Assembly (NCBI GenBank): GCA_963845185.1
Contig: CAWJRG010000006.1
Span: 32,709-96,708 of the forward strand
Direction of reading: 5' to 3'
DNA: 64,000 nt
Source: an uncultured bacterium
GTDB taxonomy: Bacteria > Oederibacteriota > PGYV01 > CAWJRG01
Numbering within the stretch: position 1 is the stretch's first letter; the number at the start of each line of letters is the position of its first letter. The position numbers and the translations under genes are program-made. Under the pieces are notes generated by a model. The model was not told where the DNA came from. It worked only from the letters and a program-made list of their open reading frames with translations, and did no database searches. Below are positions 19,943 through 29,184 of this stretch, piece after piece.

Positions 19943-21973
19943 ATGATTTCGTTCGGCAGGCATGTATGCAATAATTTCAGTGTAGCCACAGAGAAGGAAT
20001 GGATAATAACGAATTCAAAAGGCTCATACGCCTCGTCTACCATACTGATGACCAATACCAGGAGACACCACGGACTTCTTGTGACAAGGTGCAGCGAAGT
20101 CGACGACAGGATAGTTATGTTTCCGGGTTTTGAGGAAGAACTCGAGATAGCCGGCAATATATACCATATATCTACTCATGAATATAGAAAAACTATTTAC
20201 CCCAAGGGTTATTATTTCTTAGAGCAATTCACTTTTAATGAGGATATGGTTACACAGATATTCCTTGTAGAAAACATACGCCTGAAAAAAGAAATATTCC
20301 TGATGAAAGATACAAATACCGTGGTTATTACATATACGATACTCACACCGGATAGTTATGCGAAACTACACATCAGACCGTTTATTTCTTTCAGGGAAAT
20401 AGATGGTTTGCTGCGGGAAATGTCTGTTTTTGACCCGGATTTAAAAGTATTATCCGAAAAGAAGATAAGTGTCCAGCCATATAAAAATTTGCCGCCAGCA
20501 TATATTTATAACCCCGACGGAGGCAAAGTCAAAATAGGCGGCGTATGGTACAGAGAATTTTATTATGCAAAAGATGAACATGACGGGGGCGACAGCATAG
20601 AAGATCTTTACCTGATAGGCACAATAACTTTTGAGCTTACAAGCAATGAACCCAAAGCCATAATCCTATCCACCGAGGATAAGGATGTTATTGAAAGGGC
20701 GGAGATAAAAAGCCTTTTTTATAAACAAATAAGAAAAATCAAGGAAATATGTTCGGAAACAAAGAAATGCGTCGAGAACGAGAGAGACAGTGAGACCATA
20801 GAACAGCTTATTTACGCAGCCGATTCTTTTATCGTAAAGGACGACGCAGAAAAACCGTGCGTGCTTGCGGCTTACCCATGGCCGTGCCATATATATTTCA
20901 GGGATTTATTCGGCGCTTTCCCCGGGCTGTTCCTTGTATCAAACAGGTTCGAAGAGGCAAAGGAATTACTGAAAACCAAAATAAATTTCGAATACAACGG
21001 CCTTTTGCCGTTAAGCATGACATTTAACAAGCTGAACGTGTCATATGCATCGGCCGACGTGGCACTGTGGTTTTTTTACGCGCTTTACAAATACCTGGAA
21101 TACACAAAAGACTTCAGCTTAGTAAAATCAGACGGCGATTTTTTCAAGCGCATAAGCTGGATTATAAATATGCATATAAACGGAATAAACAACGAAAACA
21201 TGACATACAGGATATATAAAGACACTGACGGGCTTATATATGCGGCCCATAAAACAGAGCCAATTACTTGGATGAATAGAAAAGTAAACGCTGTGCCTGT
21301 AACTCCCAGAAAGGGAAAAGCAGTGGAGGTTAATGCCCTGTGGTATAACGCGATAAGGACAATGCAGTTTATTACCGGGCATAACGGCCAAAAAGAAAAA
21401 CACAATTCATATAAAGAACTTGGCGACAGCGTTTATAAAAGTTTTAACGAGGCATTTTGGAACCAGAAAGAGGATTGCCTATATGACTATATTGACGGAC
21501 AGTTTAAAGATGAAACCATCAGGTCGAATCAAATACTGGCTTTAAGCCTTCCTTTTCCGGTTGTAGACGAAAAAGAAAAAATGGAAAAGATAATGAATAC
21601 AGCAATAAAGGAGCTTTACACTTCATTTGGGCTGCGTACATTAAGCAACATGAATGTGCAATTCAAGCCAAAATGTGAAGGCGACAGAAATGCGAAGGAG
21701 ACAGCCGCGCATCAGGGATCGGTATGGACGTGGACCATGGGGCATTTTGTTACAGCTTATATAAAAACATTCGGCAAACGCAAAGAAACAATGCAGTTTA
21801 TCAGGACCGCGTATGAACCATTTTTTGAGTCCATTAAAAACGGCGCGCTGGGAACAATAGCCGAAATGGCTGACGGAGATTTTCCTTATAAAGAAAGGGG
21901 AAAGCTTTCTCACGCGTGGGCCGTCGCGGAAATATTAAGATCTTATTTTGAAGACTTTCTGGCAGATGAATAA
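19943..21973 (+). CDS. Glycogen-debranching (amylo-alpha-1,6-glucosidase-like) family protein with divergent active site
   Basis: EWIITN..G.YASST, RRHHGLL, PRKGKAVEVNALWYN, HQGSVW, HAWAVAE; TWMN in place of TWMD. Confidence 0.85.
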   Translation: MISFGRHVCNNFSVATEKEWIITNSKGSYASSTILMTNTRRHHGLLVTRCSEVDDRIVMFPGFEEELEIAGNIYHISTHEYRKTIYPKGYYFLEQFTFNEDMVTQIFLVENIRLKKEIFLMKDTNTVVITYTILTPDSYAKLHIRPFISFREIDGLLREMSVFDPDLKVLSEKKISVQPYKNLPPAYIYNPDGGKVKIGGVWYREFYYAKDEHDGGDSIEDLYLIGTITFELTSNEPKAIILSTEDKDVIERAEIKSLFYKQIRKIKEICSETKKCVENERDSETIEQLIYAADSFIVKDDAEKPCVLAAYPWPCHIYFRDLFGAFPGLFLVSNRFEEAKELLKTKINFEYNGLLPLSMTFNKLNVSYASADVALWFFYALYKYLEYTKDFSLVKSDGDFFKRISWIINMHINGINNENMTYRIYKDTDGLIYAAHKTEPITWMNRKVNAVPVTPRKGKAVEVNALWYNAIRTMQFITGHNGQKEKHNSYKELGDSVYKSFNEAFWNQKEDCLYDYIDGQFKDETIRSNQILALSLPFPVVDEKEKMEKIMNTAIKELYTSFGLRTLSNMNVQFKPKCEGDRNAKETAAHQGSVWTWTMGHFVTAYIKTFGKRKETMQFIRTAYEPFFESIKNGALGTIAEMADGDFPYKERGKLSHAWAVAEILRSYFEDFLADE

Positions 21974-22565
21974 AATAAAAGCGTTAATAATAACCGCAAG
22001 CGCCAGGAAACAAAGCAATTCAAAAGCAGCCGCAGTTTTTTTAATTAGAACCTTAAAGCAGCGCAATGATTTAATAATCAGCGAAAAATGGGTGGATATC
22101 AACAAACTCAATATAAGCCACTGTAAGGGCTGCGAAAAATGCTCCAAAAATTTAAAATGCAAAATCATTGATTCTGCCGCGGGGCTGCTGAAAAAAATCA
22201 AGGATGCGGATCTTGTAATTGCGGCTTCGCCAGTATATTTTATGGGATCACCTTCGAGGCTTAAAGCGTTTATTGACAGGAACCTGGTGAAATGGCAAAT
22301 TATCAATTTCAAACCCGGAATACAGAACAGTAAATCCGGGAAAAAGAAAAAAGGCATAATAATACTTACCGCAGAAGAAGCCACGCGCAATAACTTCATT
22401 GGCGCAGAAAACGAAATAAGGGCAATGTTTGCGGTGAACGACATTAAAACATACGCGGCCTTAAAACTGCCGGCAATGCACAAGCAAGGGAAGTTTATAA
22501 AAGACACCGGCGCAAAGACTAAAGTAGAAAGAATTGCCGGGCTTTTATCATTTGAAAAGGAATAA
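21966..22565 (+). CDS. Flavodoxin-fold NAD(P)H-dependent FMN reductase / iron-sulfur flavoprotein
   Basis: SARKQSNS, CKGCEKC....C, ASPVY, KAFIDR. Confidence 0.85.
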   Translation: MNKIKALIITASARKQSNSKAAAVFLIRTLKQRNDLIISEKWVDINKLNISHCKGCEKCSKNLKCKIIDSAAGLLKKIKDADLVIAASPVYFMGSPSRLKAFIDRNLVKWQIINFKPGIQNSKSGKKKKGIIILTAEEATRNNFIGAENEIRAMFAVNDIKTYAALKLPAMHKQGKFIKDTGAKTKVERIAGLLSFEKE

Positions 22566-22567
22566 AT

Positions 22568-23461
22568 ATGGCTACGGTATCAGATATCGAAAGGAACAAA
22601 GAAGCATTCATAAATTTTATCCTGTTCGAAAAAGGGCTGGCGCAAAATACGGCCTCAGCCTATAAAAGCGATATTGCTCTTTTTACGGTTTATTTAAAAG
22701 ATGGTAAACTGCAGAAAATAACCGAGGAAACCTTAATTGATTTTATATTCAGCTTAAAATCAAAAAATTACTCTTCGCTTTCCATTGCCAGAATAATAGT
22801 CAGCATCAAAAGCATATTTAAATTCATGCTCAAAGAAAAGGCGATAACAGCAAATCCTTTTGAGGATATGGAGTCATTTAAGACGAGGAAAAAAATACCC
22901 GAGGCACTCGCCGAGGTGGAAATTGAGAAACTCCTTGCGCAACCCGATTTATCGTCAAGAGAAGGATTGCGCGACAGGGCAATAATGGAGCTTTTATATT
23001 CATCCGGCGTGAGGGTAAGCGAACTTACGGGAATGGAGCTTACAGATATAAATCTTGACGACAAGATGGTCAGGTGTTTCGGCAAGGGCTCAAAAGAAAG
23101 GATAGTGCCGCTCGGCGATTACGTCATTGACGCGCTGAAAAATTACCTGAACGCAAGAAACGGATTTTTAAAAAAAGAATTCACGCCGTCGCTGTTTTTA
23201 ACGCGGCTTGGAAGGAAATTCACGCGTACCGGCATCTGGAGCATGCTGAAAGTATATGCTAAAAAGGCAGGCATAGTGAAAAACGTTTATCCGCATATTT
23301 TCAGGCATTCATTTGCCACGCATTTACTTGCAGGCGGGGCAGATTTGCGCAGCGTCCAGGAAATGCTCGGCCATGCGGACATATCAACAACACAGATTTA
23401 TACGCATGTAGACAGGAGCAGGCTGAAAAAAATACATAAACTTTTTCATCCGCGGGGATGA
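22568..23461 (+). CDS. xerD: Site-specific tyrosine recombinase XerD
   Basis: RDRAIMELLYSSGVRVSEL, GKGSKER, PHIFRHSFATHLL, LGHADISTTQIYTHV; housekeeping context. Confidence 0.9.
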   Translation: MATVSDIERNKEAFINFILFEKGLAQNTASAYKSDIALFTVYLKDGKLQKITEETLIDFIFSLKSKNYSSLSIARIIVSIKSIFKFMLKEKAITANPFEDMESFKTRKKIPEALAEVEIEKLLAQPDLSSREGLRDRAIMELLYSSGVRVSELTGMELTDINLDDKMVRCFGKGSKERIVPLGDYVIDALKNYLNARNGFLKKEFTPSLFLTRLGRKFTRTGIWSMLKVYAKKAGIVKNVYPHIFRHSFATHLLAGGADLRSVQEMLGHADISTTQIYTHVDRSRLKKIHKLFHPRG

Positions 23462-23574
23462 AAGTTGGCTATGGAAACCTGGAACGGGAATAAGGAAGGA
23501 CAGGGGCAAACTACATGGCATGCCAAAAAATGTAGGGAAATTTTTTAAAACGTTCTCATAATAAAATTAAGGGT

Positions 23575-24315
23575 GTGAAAATGAATATAGGGTTTATATC
23601 GGATATACACAGCAACTTTGAAGCATTGCGTGCCGTGCTTTCCTTTTTTAAAAAGGAAAAAGTGGAACAGGTGATATGCGCAGGCGACATTATAGGCTAC
23701 GGCGCTGAACCTAACGAGTGTATCGAGACAATAAAAAATGTCTCCGTCCTCAATGTTTACGGCAACCATGAAGCGGCATTAACAGGGCTTTTGCCCGAAG
23801 AGAATTTCAACACTTACGCCAAAGAAGCCATTGACTGGCACAGGAATAAAGTAAAAACTGATAATTTTGATTTTATACACGAATTAAAACTGGAGGCTGT
23901 TTTTGACAAGTTTATAAAGATTGTCCATGCTTCGCCTGTCAGGCCGCAGCAATTCCCCTATCTTATTACCGAGAGGGAATACGCCGAGGCGCTGATAAGC
24001 TACCGGGAGAAGATATGCATCGTGGGGCACACGCACGCGCCGGCTGTGTTTTATTATGACGCAGAAAGGTATCATTTTGGCGAAATATCGAACGATACTT
24101 TTTTAATAGAAGGCGATTTCAAATATATCATAAACGTGGGAAGCGTAGGCCAGCCAAGGGACGGAGACAAGAGGGCCTGTTGCGGCATATACGACTACGA
24201 AACAAACATATTTAAAATAAGAAGGGTAGAATACGATTTTATGGCGGCAAGGAATAAAATAATCAAAGCGGGGCTTCCGCCTTTTTTAGGCGAAAGGCTT
24301 ATGTACGGCACTTGA
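23575..24315 (+). CDS. Calcineurin-like metallophosphoesterase
   Basis: SDIHSN, GDIIGYG, GNHE, GHTH, NVGSVGQPRDG. Confidence 0.92.
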   Translation: MKMNIGFISDIHSNFEALRAVLSFFKKEKVEQVICAGDIIGYGAEPNECIETIKNVSVLNVYGNHEAALTGLLPEENFNTYAKEAIDWHRNKVKTDNFDFIHELKLEAVFDKFIKIVHASPVRPQQFPYLITEREYAEALISYREKICIVGHTHAPAVFYYDAERYHFGEISNDTFLIEGDFKYIINVGSVGQPRDGDKRACCGIYDYETNIFKIRRVEYDFMAARNKIIKAGLPPFLGERLMYGT

Positions 24316-24342
24316 ATCAAAACCGGAATTTCAGGAGCAACC

Positions 24343-24945
24343 ATGGGAAAAAATAAAAGGCTTGTAATGACTATAACGGTAGTGGCACTTATTATACTGG
24401 GGTCGGTGGTTTTTTTGGCAAAAAGGCTGGCAAATCAGAGCGCAAAATTACAAGACAAGCAGCCCCGGCAGGAACAGCAAAATATTGAAGACAATAAAAT
24501 AAACGATATTATGCAGCAGTATTCCAGCCTGCCGCCTGAAGGAAAAAAGAAATTTGAAGAGATGCTGCAGCAGCTTGAAAAGCAATATTTTGCAAAAAAA
24601 ACGGATAAAAGTTCAGCAGCAGGACCGGTTAAAACAAACTTAAAAAAGCAGGGTATTCAAATAAAGTGGCAGGACGCAGCTAAATATGTCGGAAAATACG
24701 TTATCGTGCAGGGTGAAATAGTTTCTTCCTACAATAACGGGGATGTATGCTTTATGAATTTTGACAAGAATTTCGACAAATCCCTTTCGCTTACTATTTT
24801 TGGCTATAACCTCGGCAAGTTTCATGAACATCCTGAAAAATATTATTACGATAAAACAGTGAGCGCATGCGGGACAATAAAGGAATACAAAGGCAGGCTG
24901 GAGATAATACTAAGCGAGCCGAACCAGATAGAGGTTGAAAAATGA
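24343..24945 (+). CDS. Membrane-anchored protein with C-terminal OB-fold domain
   Basis: N-terminal TM helix; A.KYVGK..VQG.I...F.NF...G.IKEYKGR.EII...P.QI pattern. Confidence 0.65.
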   Translation: MGKNKRLVMTITVVALIILGSVVFLAKRLANQSAKLQDKQPRQEQQNIEDNKINDIMQQYSSLPPEGKKKFEEMLQQLEKQYFAKKTDKSSAAGPVKTNLKKQGIQIKWQDAAKYVGKYVIVQGEIVSSYNNGDVCFMNFDKNFDKSLSLTIFGYNLGKFHEHPEKYYYDKTVSACGTIKEYKGRLEIILSEPNQIEVEK

Positions 24946-24976
24946 CACGAATATCATCCGCGAAAAGGAATATATC

Positions 24977-25135
24977 ATGAATTTCTGGCGCAAATTAAAG
25001 GACAATTTTTTCAAGTTAATAATAAAACTGGACAACGGTTTTCTTTGCGACACATGCAGATATAATCACCCCAATACATGCTACCAACCGGACAGGCCGA
25101 ATGCAAAAAAATGCAAAGAATATGCAAAAAAATGA
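24977..25135 (+). CDS. Small Cys-rich protein (52 aa)
   Basis: AAGGA RBS; CDTC...C...RPNA..C four-Cys arrangement. Confidence 0.6.
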   Translation: MNFWRKLKDNFFKLIIKLDNGFLCDTCRYNHPNTCYQPDRPNAKKCKEYAKK

Positions 25136-25168
25136 AAACATACGGATTACAAAGGAGTTTTATTATAC

Positions 25169-26449
25169 ATGAATAATATTACAGCCATAATTCTTGCAGC
25201 CGGGAAGGGCACAAGGATGAAATCGGAAAAGACAAAAGTTTTGCACGAAGTCGCGGGTAAAGCCATGATTAGCCATGTGCTTGATACATGCTTTAATGCC
25301 GGCATAAAAGATTTAGTCGTAGTTGCAGGGGACAATTACAATCAACTCAGGGGCTTCATAGAAAAGCGCTATGGCCGGGTAAAATACGTAATCCAGAAAC
25401 CACAGCTTGGAACAGCACACGCGGTTTTAAAAGTTTTTCAGGCAAAAACGCCTTTAAAGAGCGGCGTATTAATAATAAACGGCGACGTGCCTCTTGTTGA
25501 GCCGGGGACCCTGCGGAATTTAATAAAGTGGTTTACAAAAAAGGAGGTAAATGGTATAATTTGCACCGCAAAAATTAATAATCCCTTCGGCTACGGAAGA
25601 ATCATAAAAAACAACCAGGGCAGTATCATTAAAATTGTCGAAGAAAAAGACGCGGGCATTGAAGAAAAAGCCATCAAGGAAATCAACGGCGGCATTTATG
25701 TTTTCAAAAGCGAAGATATTGCAAATTATGCAGGAAAAATAAGGAAAAACAGAATAAAGCAGGAATATTACCTTACGGATATTGTTGAGTTAATGTCTTC
25801 GGACGGAAAGAAAATTGAAAGTTTCAATATAAATCCCGAAGAAATTAAAGGCATAAACGACAGGATACAATTAATGGAAATGTCAAAGCTGAAAAACAGG
25901 AAAATTCTTGAAAAGCTCGCGCGCGAGGGAGTTACCGTGGATGATTTTGACACGGTTTTTATAGATGAGAACGTGAGCGTGGGCAGGGATACCGTAATAA
26001 GGCCTTTTACAGTAATAAGAGGAAAGACGCGCATAGGAAAGAAATGTGTCATAGGGCCGTTTTCTCATATCAGGCCGGATACAATTATTGGCGACAACTG
26101 CAATATCGGCAATTACGTAGAGATAAAAAAATCTGAAATCGGCAACCATGTACATGTGGCGCATTTGAGTTACATAGGCGATACTAAAATCGGCGACGGC
26201 ACAAACATAGGCGCGGGAACAATAACGGCGAACTTTGACGGAGTAAAAAAGAACAAGACTTTTATAGGCAGGAAAGTTTCGGTGGGCAGCGACGTGGTAT
26301 TCCGTGCGCCTGTCAGGATAGGCGACAACGCGGTGATAGGCGCAGGTTCCATTATAACTGAAAATGTACCGGCCGGCGCTCTTGCAATAGCGAGGGCAAG
26401 GCAGGTAATAAAAAAAGACTGGGTTAAAAAAAGGAGATATAAAAAATGA
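25169..26449 (+). CDS. glmU: Bifunctional UDP-GlcNAc pyrophosphorylase / GlcN-1-P acetyltransferase
   Basis: LAAGKGTRMKS, QLGTAHAV, EYYLTD, hexapeptide repeats, HLSYIGD. Confidence 0.95.
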   Translation: MNNITAIILAAGKGTRMKSEKTKVLHEVAGKAMISHVLDTCFNAGIKDLVVVAGDNYNQLRGFIEKRYGRVKYVIQKPQLGTAHAVLKVFQAKTPLKSGVLIINGDVPLVEPGTLRNLIKWFTKKEVNGIICTAKINNPFGYGRIIKNNQGSIIKIVEEKDAGIEEKAIKEINGGIYVFKSEDIANYAGKIRKNRIKQEYYLTDIVELMSSDGKKIESFNINPEEIKGINDRIQLMEMSKLKNRKILEKLAREGVTVDDFDTVFIDENVSVGRDTVIRPFTVIRGKTRIGKKCVIGPFSHIRPDTIIGDNCNIGNYVEIKKSEIGNHVHVAHLSYIGDTKIGDGTNIGAGTITANFDGVKKNKTFIGRKVSVGSDVVFRAPVRIGDNAVIGAGSIITENVPAGALAIARARQVIKKDWVKKRRYKK

Positions 26450-27384
26450 ACGGTAAAATGCAGCTTTTTGCCGGCAATTCAAACATGAAGCTTGCAAAGG
26501 AAATTTCAAAATATATAGGCGTAAAACTTGGAGACGCAATGGTGAACAAATTCCCTGAGGGCGAGATAAGGGTGAAAATAAACGATAATGTCAGGGGATC
26601 CGATGTTTTTATAGTCCAATCCACCTGCCCTCCAGCAAACGACAACCTCATGGAAATGCTTATAATGATAGACGCCATCCGCAGGGCCTCGGCAAAAAGA
26701 ATAACCGCAGTGCTTCCTTTTTACGGATATGCGCGCCAGGACAGGAAAGACCAGCCCAGGGTGCCGATTACCGCAAAACTGGTGGCGAACTTGCTGGTCA
26801 AAGCAGGCGCAGACAGGGTGCTTACCATGGACCTGCACGCAGGCCAGATACAGGGTTTTTTTGACATACCGCTGGACCATTTGCTTGCCGCACCCGTGTT
26901 TATAAATTATTTTAAAAAGAAAAAACTGAGAAATTTCGTGATCGCTACTGCTGATATCGGCGGCATCAAACTGGCCTGGTATTTCGCGGAAAAATTAGGC
27001 GCGGAACTTGCCATAGTTGACAAAAAAAGGCTCAGTCCGGAGTCGGTCGATGCCATGCATTTAATCGGCGACATAAAAGACAAGAACGTAATAATACCCG
27101 ATGACATGCTCGCTACGGGAGGCACATTTGTCCAGGCTGCGAAGTTTTTAAAGAAAAGAGGGGCAAAGGATATTTACGGGTGCATGACACACGGGCTTTT
27201 TTCGGGCAACGCCATGGAAAAAATAAACGATGCGCCCATAAAGGAAGTGGTTGTCACGGATACCATACCGCAGCGCGAAAGAGAGAGCAACAAAAAGGTA
27301 ACCGTGCTTTCGGTCGGGAGCATGTTCGGCGAGGCGATAAAGAGGATTCATAACGAGCAGACAATAACAGCGTTATTCAAGTAA
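26446..27384 (+). CDS. prs: Ribose-phosphate pyrophosphokinase
   Basis: PFYGYARQDRK, DLHAGQIQGFF, DDMLATGGT. Confidence 0.97.
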   Translation: MNGKMQLFAGNSNMKLAKEISKYIGVKLGDAMVNKFPEGEIRVKINDNVRGSDVFIVQSTCPPANDNLMEMLIMIDAIRRASAKRITAVLPFYGYARQDRKDQPRVPITAKLVANLLVKAGADRVLTMDLHAGQIQGFFDIPLDHLLAAPVFINYFKKKKLRNFVIATADIGGIKLAWYFAEKLGAELAIVDKKRLSPESVDAMHLIGDIKDKNVIIPDDMLATGGTFVQAAKFLKKRGAKDIYGCMTHGLFSGNAMEKINDAPIKEVVVTDTIPQRERESNKKVTVLSVGSMFGEAIKRIHNEQTITALFK

Positions 27385-27429
27385 ATATTTGTATCCACGC
27401 TGCATAAAAAAACAGGAGGAATTTGCGAA

Positions 27430-28185
27430 ATGGATAAAGTAACAATAGAGGCAAAAGTGAGGAAAGAAGGGGAATCAACCCCCCAAAAAATAAGGAAGGA
27501 AGGCAATATACCCGCGGTGGTATACGGCAAGGAAACAAAATCGCTGCCGATTGAGATTAAAATAAAGGATATTCAAAAGACCGTGAAAACGGTATCCGAG
27601 GGCACGATTCTTATCACCCTTAAATTAATAGACAGGGAAAAACAGGAAGAGAAAACCGTGGTTATCCAGGAAATTCAGCGGGACCCGGTTACGGACGAGA
27701 TTATACATGCCGATTTCCACCAGATAGCCGAGAACGAAAAGACGGTATTTAAGGTGCCTGTTATAATAAAGGGCATTTCGGAAGGCGTAAAAGAGGGGGG
27801 AGTAATTGAGCATATATTGAGGGAAGTGGAAGTCAGGTGCATGCCAAAGGACCTGCCTCCAACCATTGATATAGATTCGACCCTGTTAAAAATAGGCGAC
27901 GACCTGACAGTCAAAGATTTAACAGTCAAAGAAGGCGTCGAGATACTTGATAATCCGGGAGCTGTAGTGCTTACGCTGCTTGCACCGCATGTATATGAGG
28001 AAGCTGCGCCTGCTGCTACTGCTGCCGCACCTGAAGCGGCTGCTGCCCAGCCTGAACTGATCAAGAAGGAAAGGGCTGTTGAGGAAGGCGAAGAAGGCGC
28101 TGAGAAAGCTGCGGAGCCGGCCGGAGCCAAGAAAGAAGAGAAAAAGGAAGGCAAAAGGGAAGCCAAAAAAGAAGCCAAGAAGTAA
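27430..28185 (+). CDS. rplY: 50S ribosomal protein L25 (Ctc form)
   Basis: IPAVVYG, IIHADF, GVKEGG; low-complexity A/E/K tail; prs-rplY-pth synteny. Confidence 0.95.
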   Translation: MDKVTIEAKVRKEGESTPQKIRKEGNIPAVVYGKETKSLPIEIKIKDIQKTVKTVSEGTILITLKLIDREKQEEKTVVIQEIQRDPVTDEIIHADFHQIAENEKTVFKVPVIIKGISEGVKEGGVIEHILREVEVRCMPKDLPPTIDIDSTLLKIGDDLTVKDLTVKEGVEILDNPGAVVLTLLAPHVYEEAAPAATAAAPEAAAAQPELIKKERAVEEGEEGAEKAAEPAGAKKEEKKEGKREAKKEAKK

Positions 28186-28232
28186 AATTTTAAACTGTAA
28201 GCTGTAAAGTCTAATTAAAAACCGTGGTCTTG

Positions 28233-28796
28233 ATGAAACTCATTATCGGCTTGGGCAATATCGGCGAAGAGTATGACGGGACAAGGCATAACATCGGTTT
28301 TGAATTTATTGATTATTTTGCTTCAAATGCGGGGTTAAAAATAAACAAAAAATCAGGATACGGCCTAATTTCCCTGAAAGCAATAGCCGGCGAGGAAATA
28401 ATCCTTTTAAAACCAACCACTTATATGAATGAATCCGGAAAAGCGGCAAATTTTTTTAAAAATAAATACGGGATACCCCCGGAAAACACGCTGGTAATAC
28501 ACGACGATGTTGACCTGCCGCCCGGCAGGATAAAAATAAAAAAAGGCGGCGGTGACGCCGGGCACAAGGGCATAGCATCCATAATAAAAGCATTAAACAG
28601 CGGGGATTTTATAAGGCTGCGCATCGGCATTGGCAAAGCACAAAGCAAAAGGGAAATGGTTGATTATGTTCTGGGTAAATTTACCCGCGACGAAACCGCG
28701 GAGTTTGAAAAGAAATTTCCGGTTGTTGAAAAATTCATATATGATTTTATTACAATGGGTTATGAAAAAGCAGCGGGAAAATTTAAAGCTGATTAA
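28233..28796 (+). CDS. pth: Peptidyl-tRNA hydrolase
   Basis: IGLGNIG, TRHNIGF, KPTTYMNESG, HDDVD, GHKG, RLRIGIG. Confidence 0.96.
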   Translation: MKLIIGLGNIGEEYDGTRHNIGFEFIDYFASNAGLKINKKSGYGLISLKAIAGEEIILLKPTTYMNESGKAANFFKNKYGIPPENTLVIHDDVDLPPGRIKIKKGGGDAGHKGIASIIKALNSGDFIRLRIGIGKAQSKREMVDYVLGKFTRDETAEFEKKFPVVEKFIYDFITMGYEKAAGKFKAD

Positions 28797-28836
28797 TTCA
28801 TAAAACGAAGGATTTTTTAGCCAAAAAAGGTGTGAG

Positions 28837-29184
28837 ATGAAATTCTCAAGGGAAGAAAAAATAATACTGCTGGCCATAATTATAGCCGCTATTGTCGGGT
28901 TTCTTGCCAATATATTTTTTTCATACGGAAAAAAAGTCCATGTTACAACCCTTGCGGCAAGCGCAGAAAAAATCAATATAAACACTGCACAGGCCGCTGA
29001 GCTTGAAAAACTGCCAGGCATAGGCAGGGTAACAGCCGAAAGGATAATGGAATACAGGCAGAAATCAGGCGGTTTTAAAACAACTGAAGAGATAATGAAA
29101 ATAAAGGGCATGAGCAGCAAGAAATATGAAAGAATAAAGAATTATATAACAAGCGTAACAAATACGGGCAATGCAGTTAAATAG
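28837..29184 (+). CDS. comEA: ComEA-like helix-hairpin-helix DNA receptor
   Basis: N-terminal TM helix; ININTA...LEKLPGIG...AERI..YR...GGF. Confidence 0.88.
   Translation: MKFSREEKIILLAIIIAAIVGFLANIFFSYGKKVHVTTLAASAEKININTAQAAELEKLPGIGRVTAERIMEYRQKSGGFKTTEEIMKIKGMSSKKYERIKNYITSVTNTGNAVK

Noticed and set aside
22568-23461. Prophage or island integrase
   Set aside because: Its size, motifs and operon context fit housekeeping XerD; no att sites or phage genes nearby
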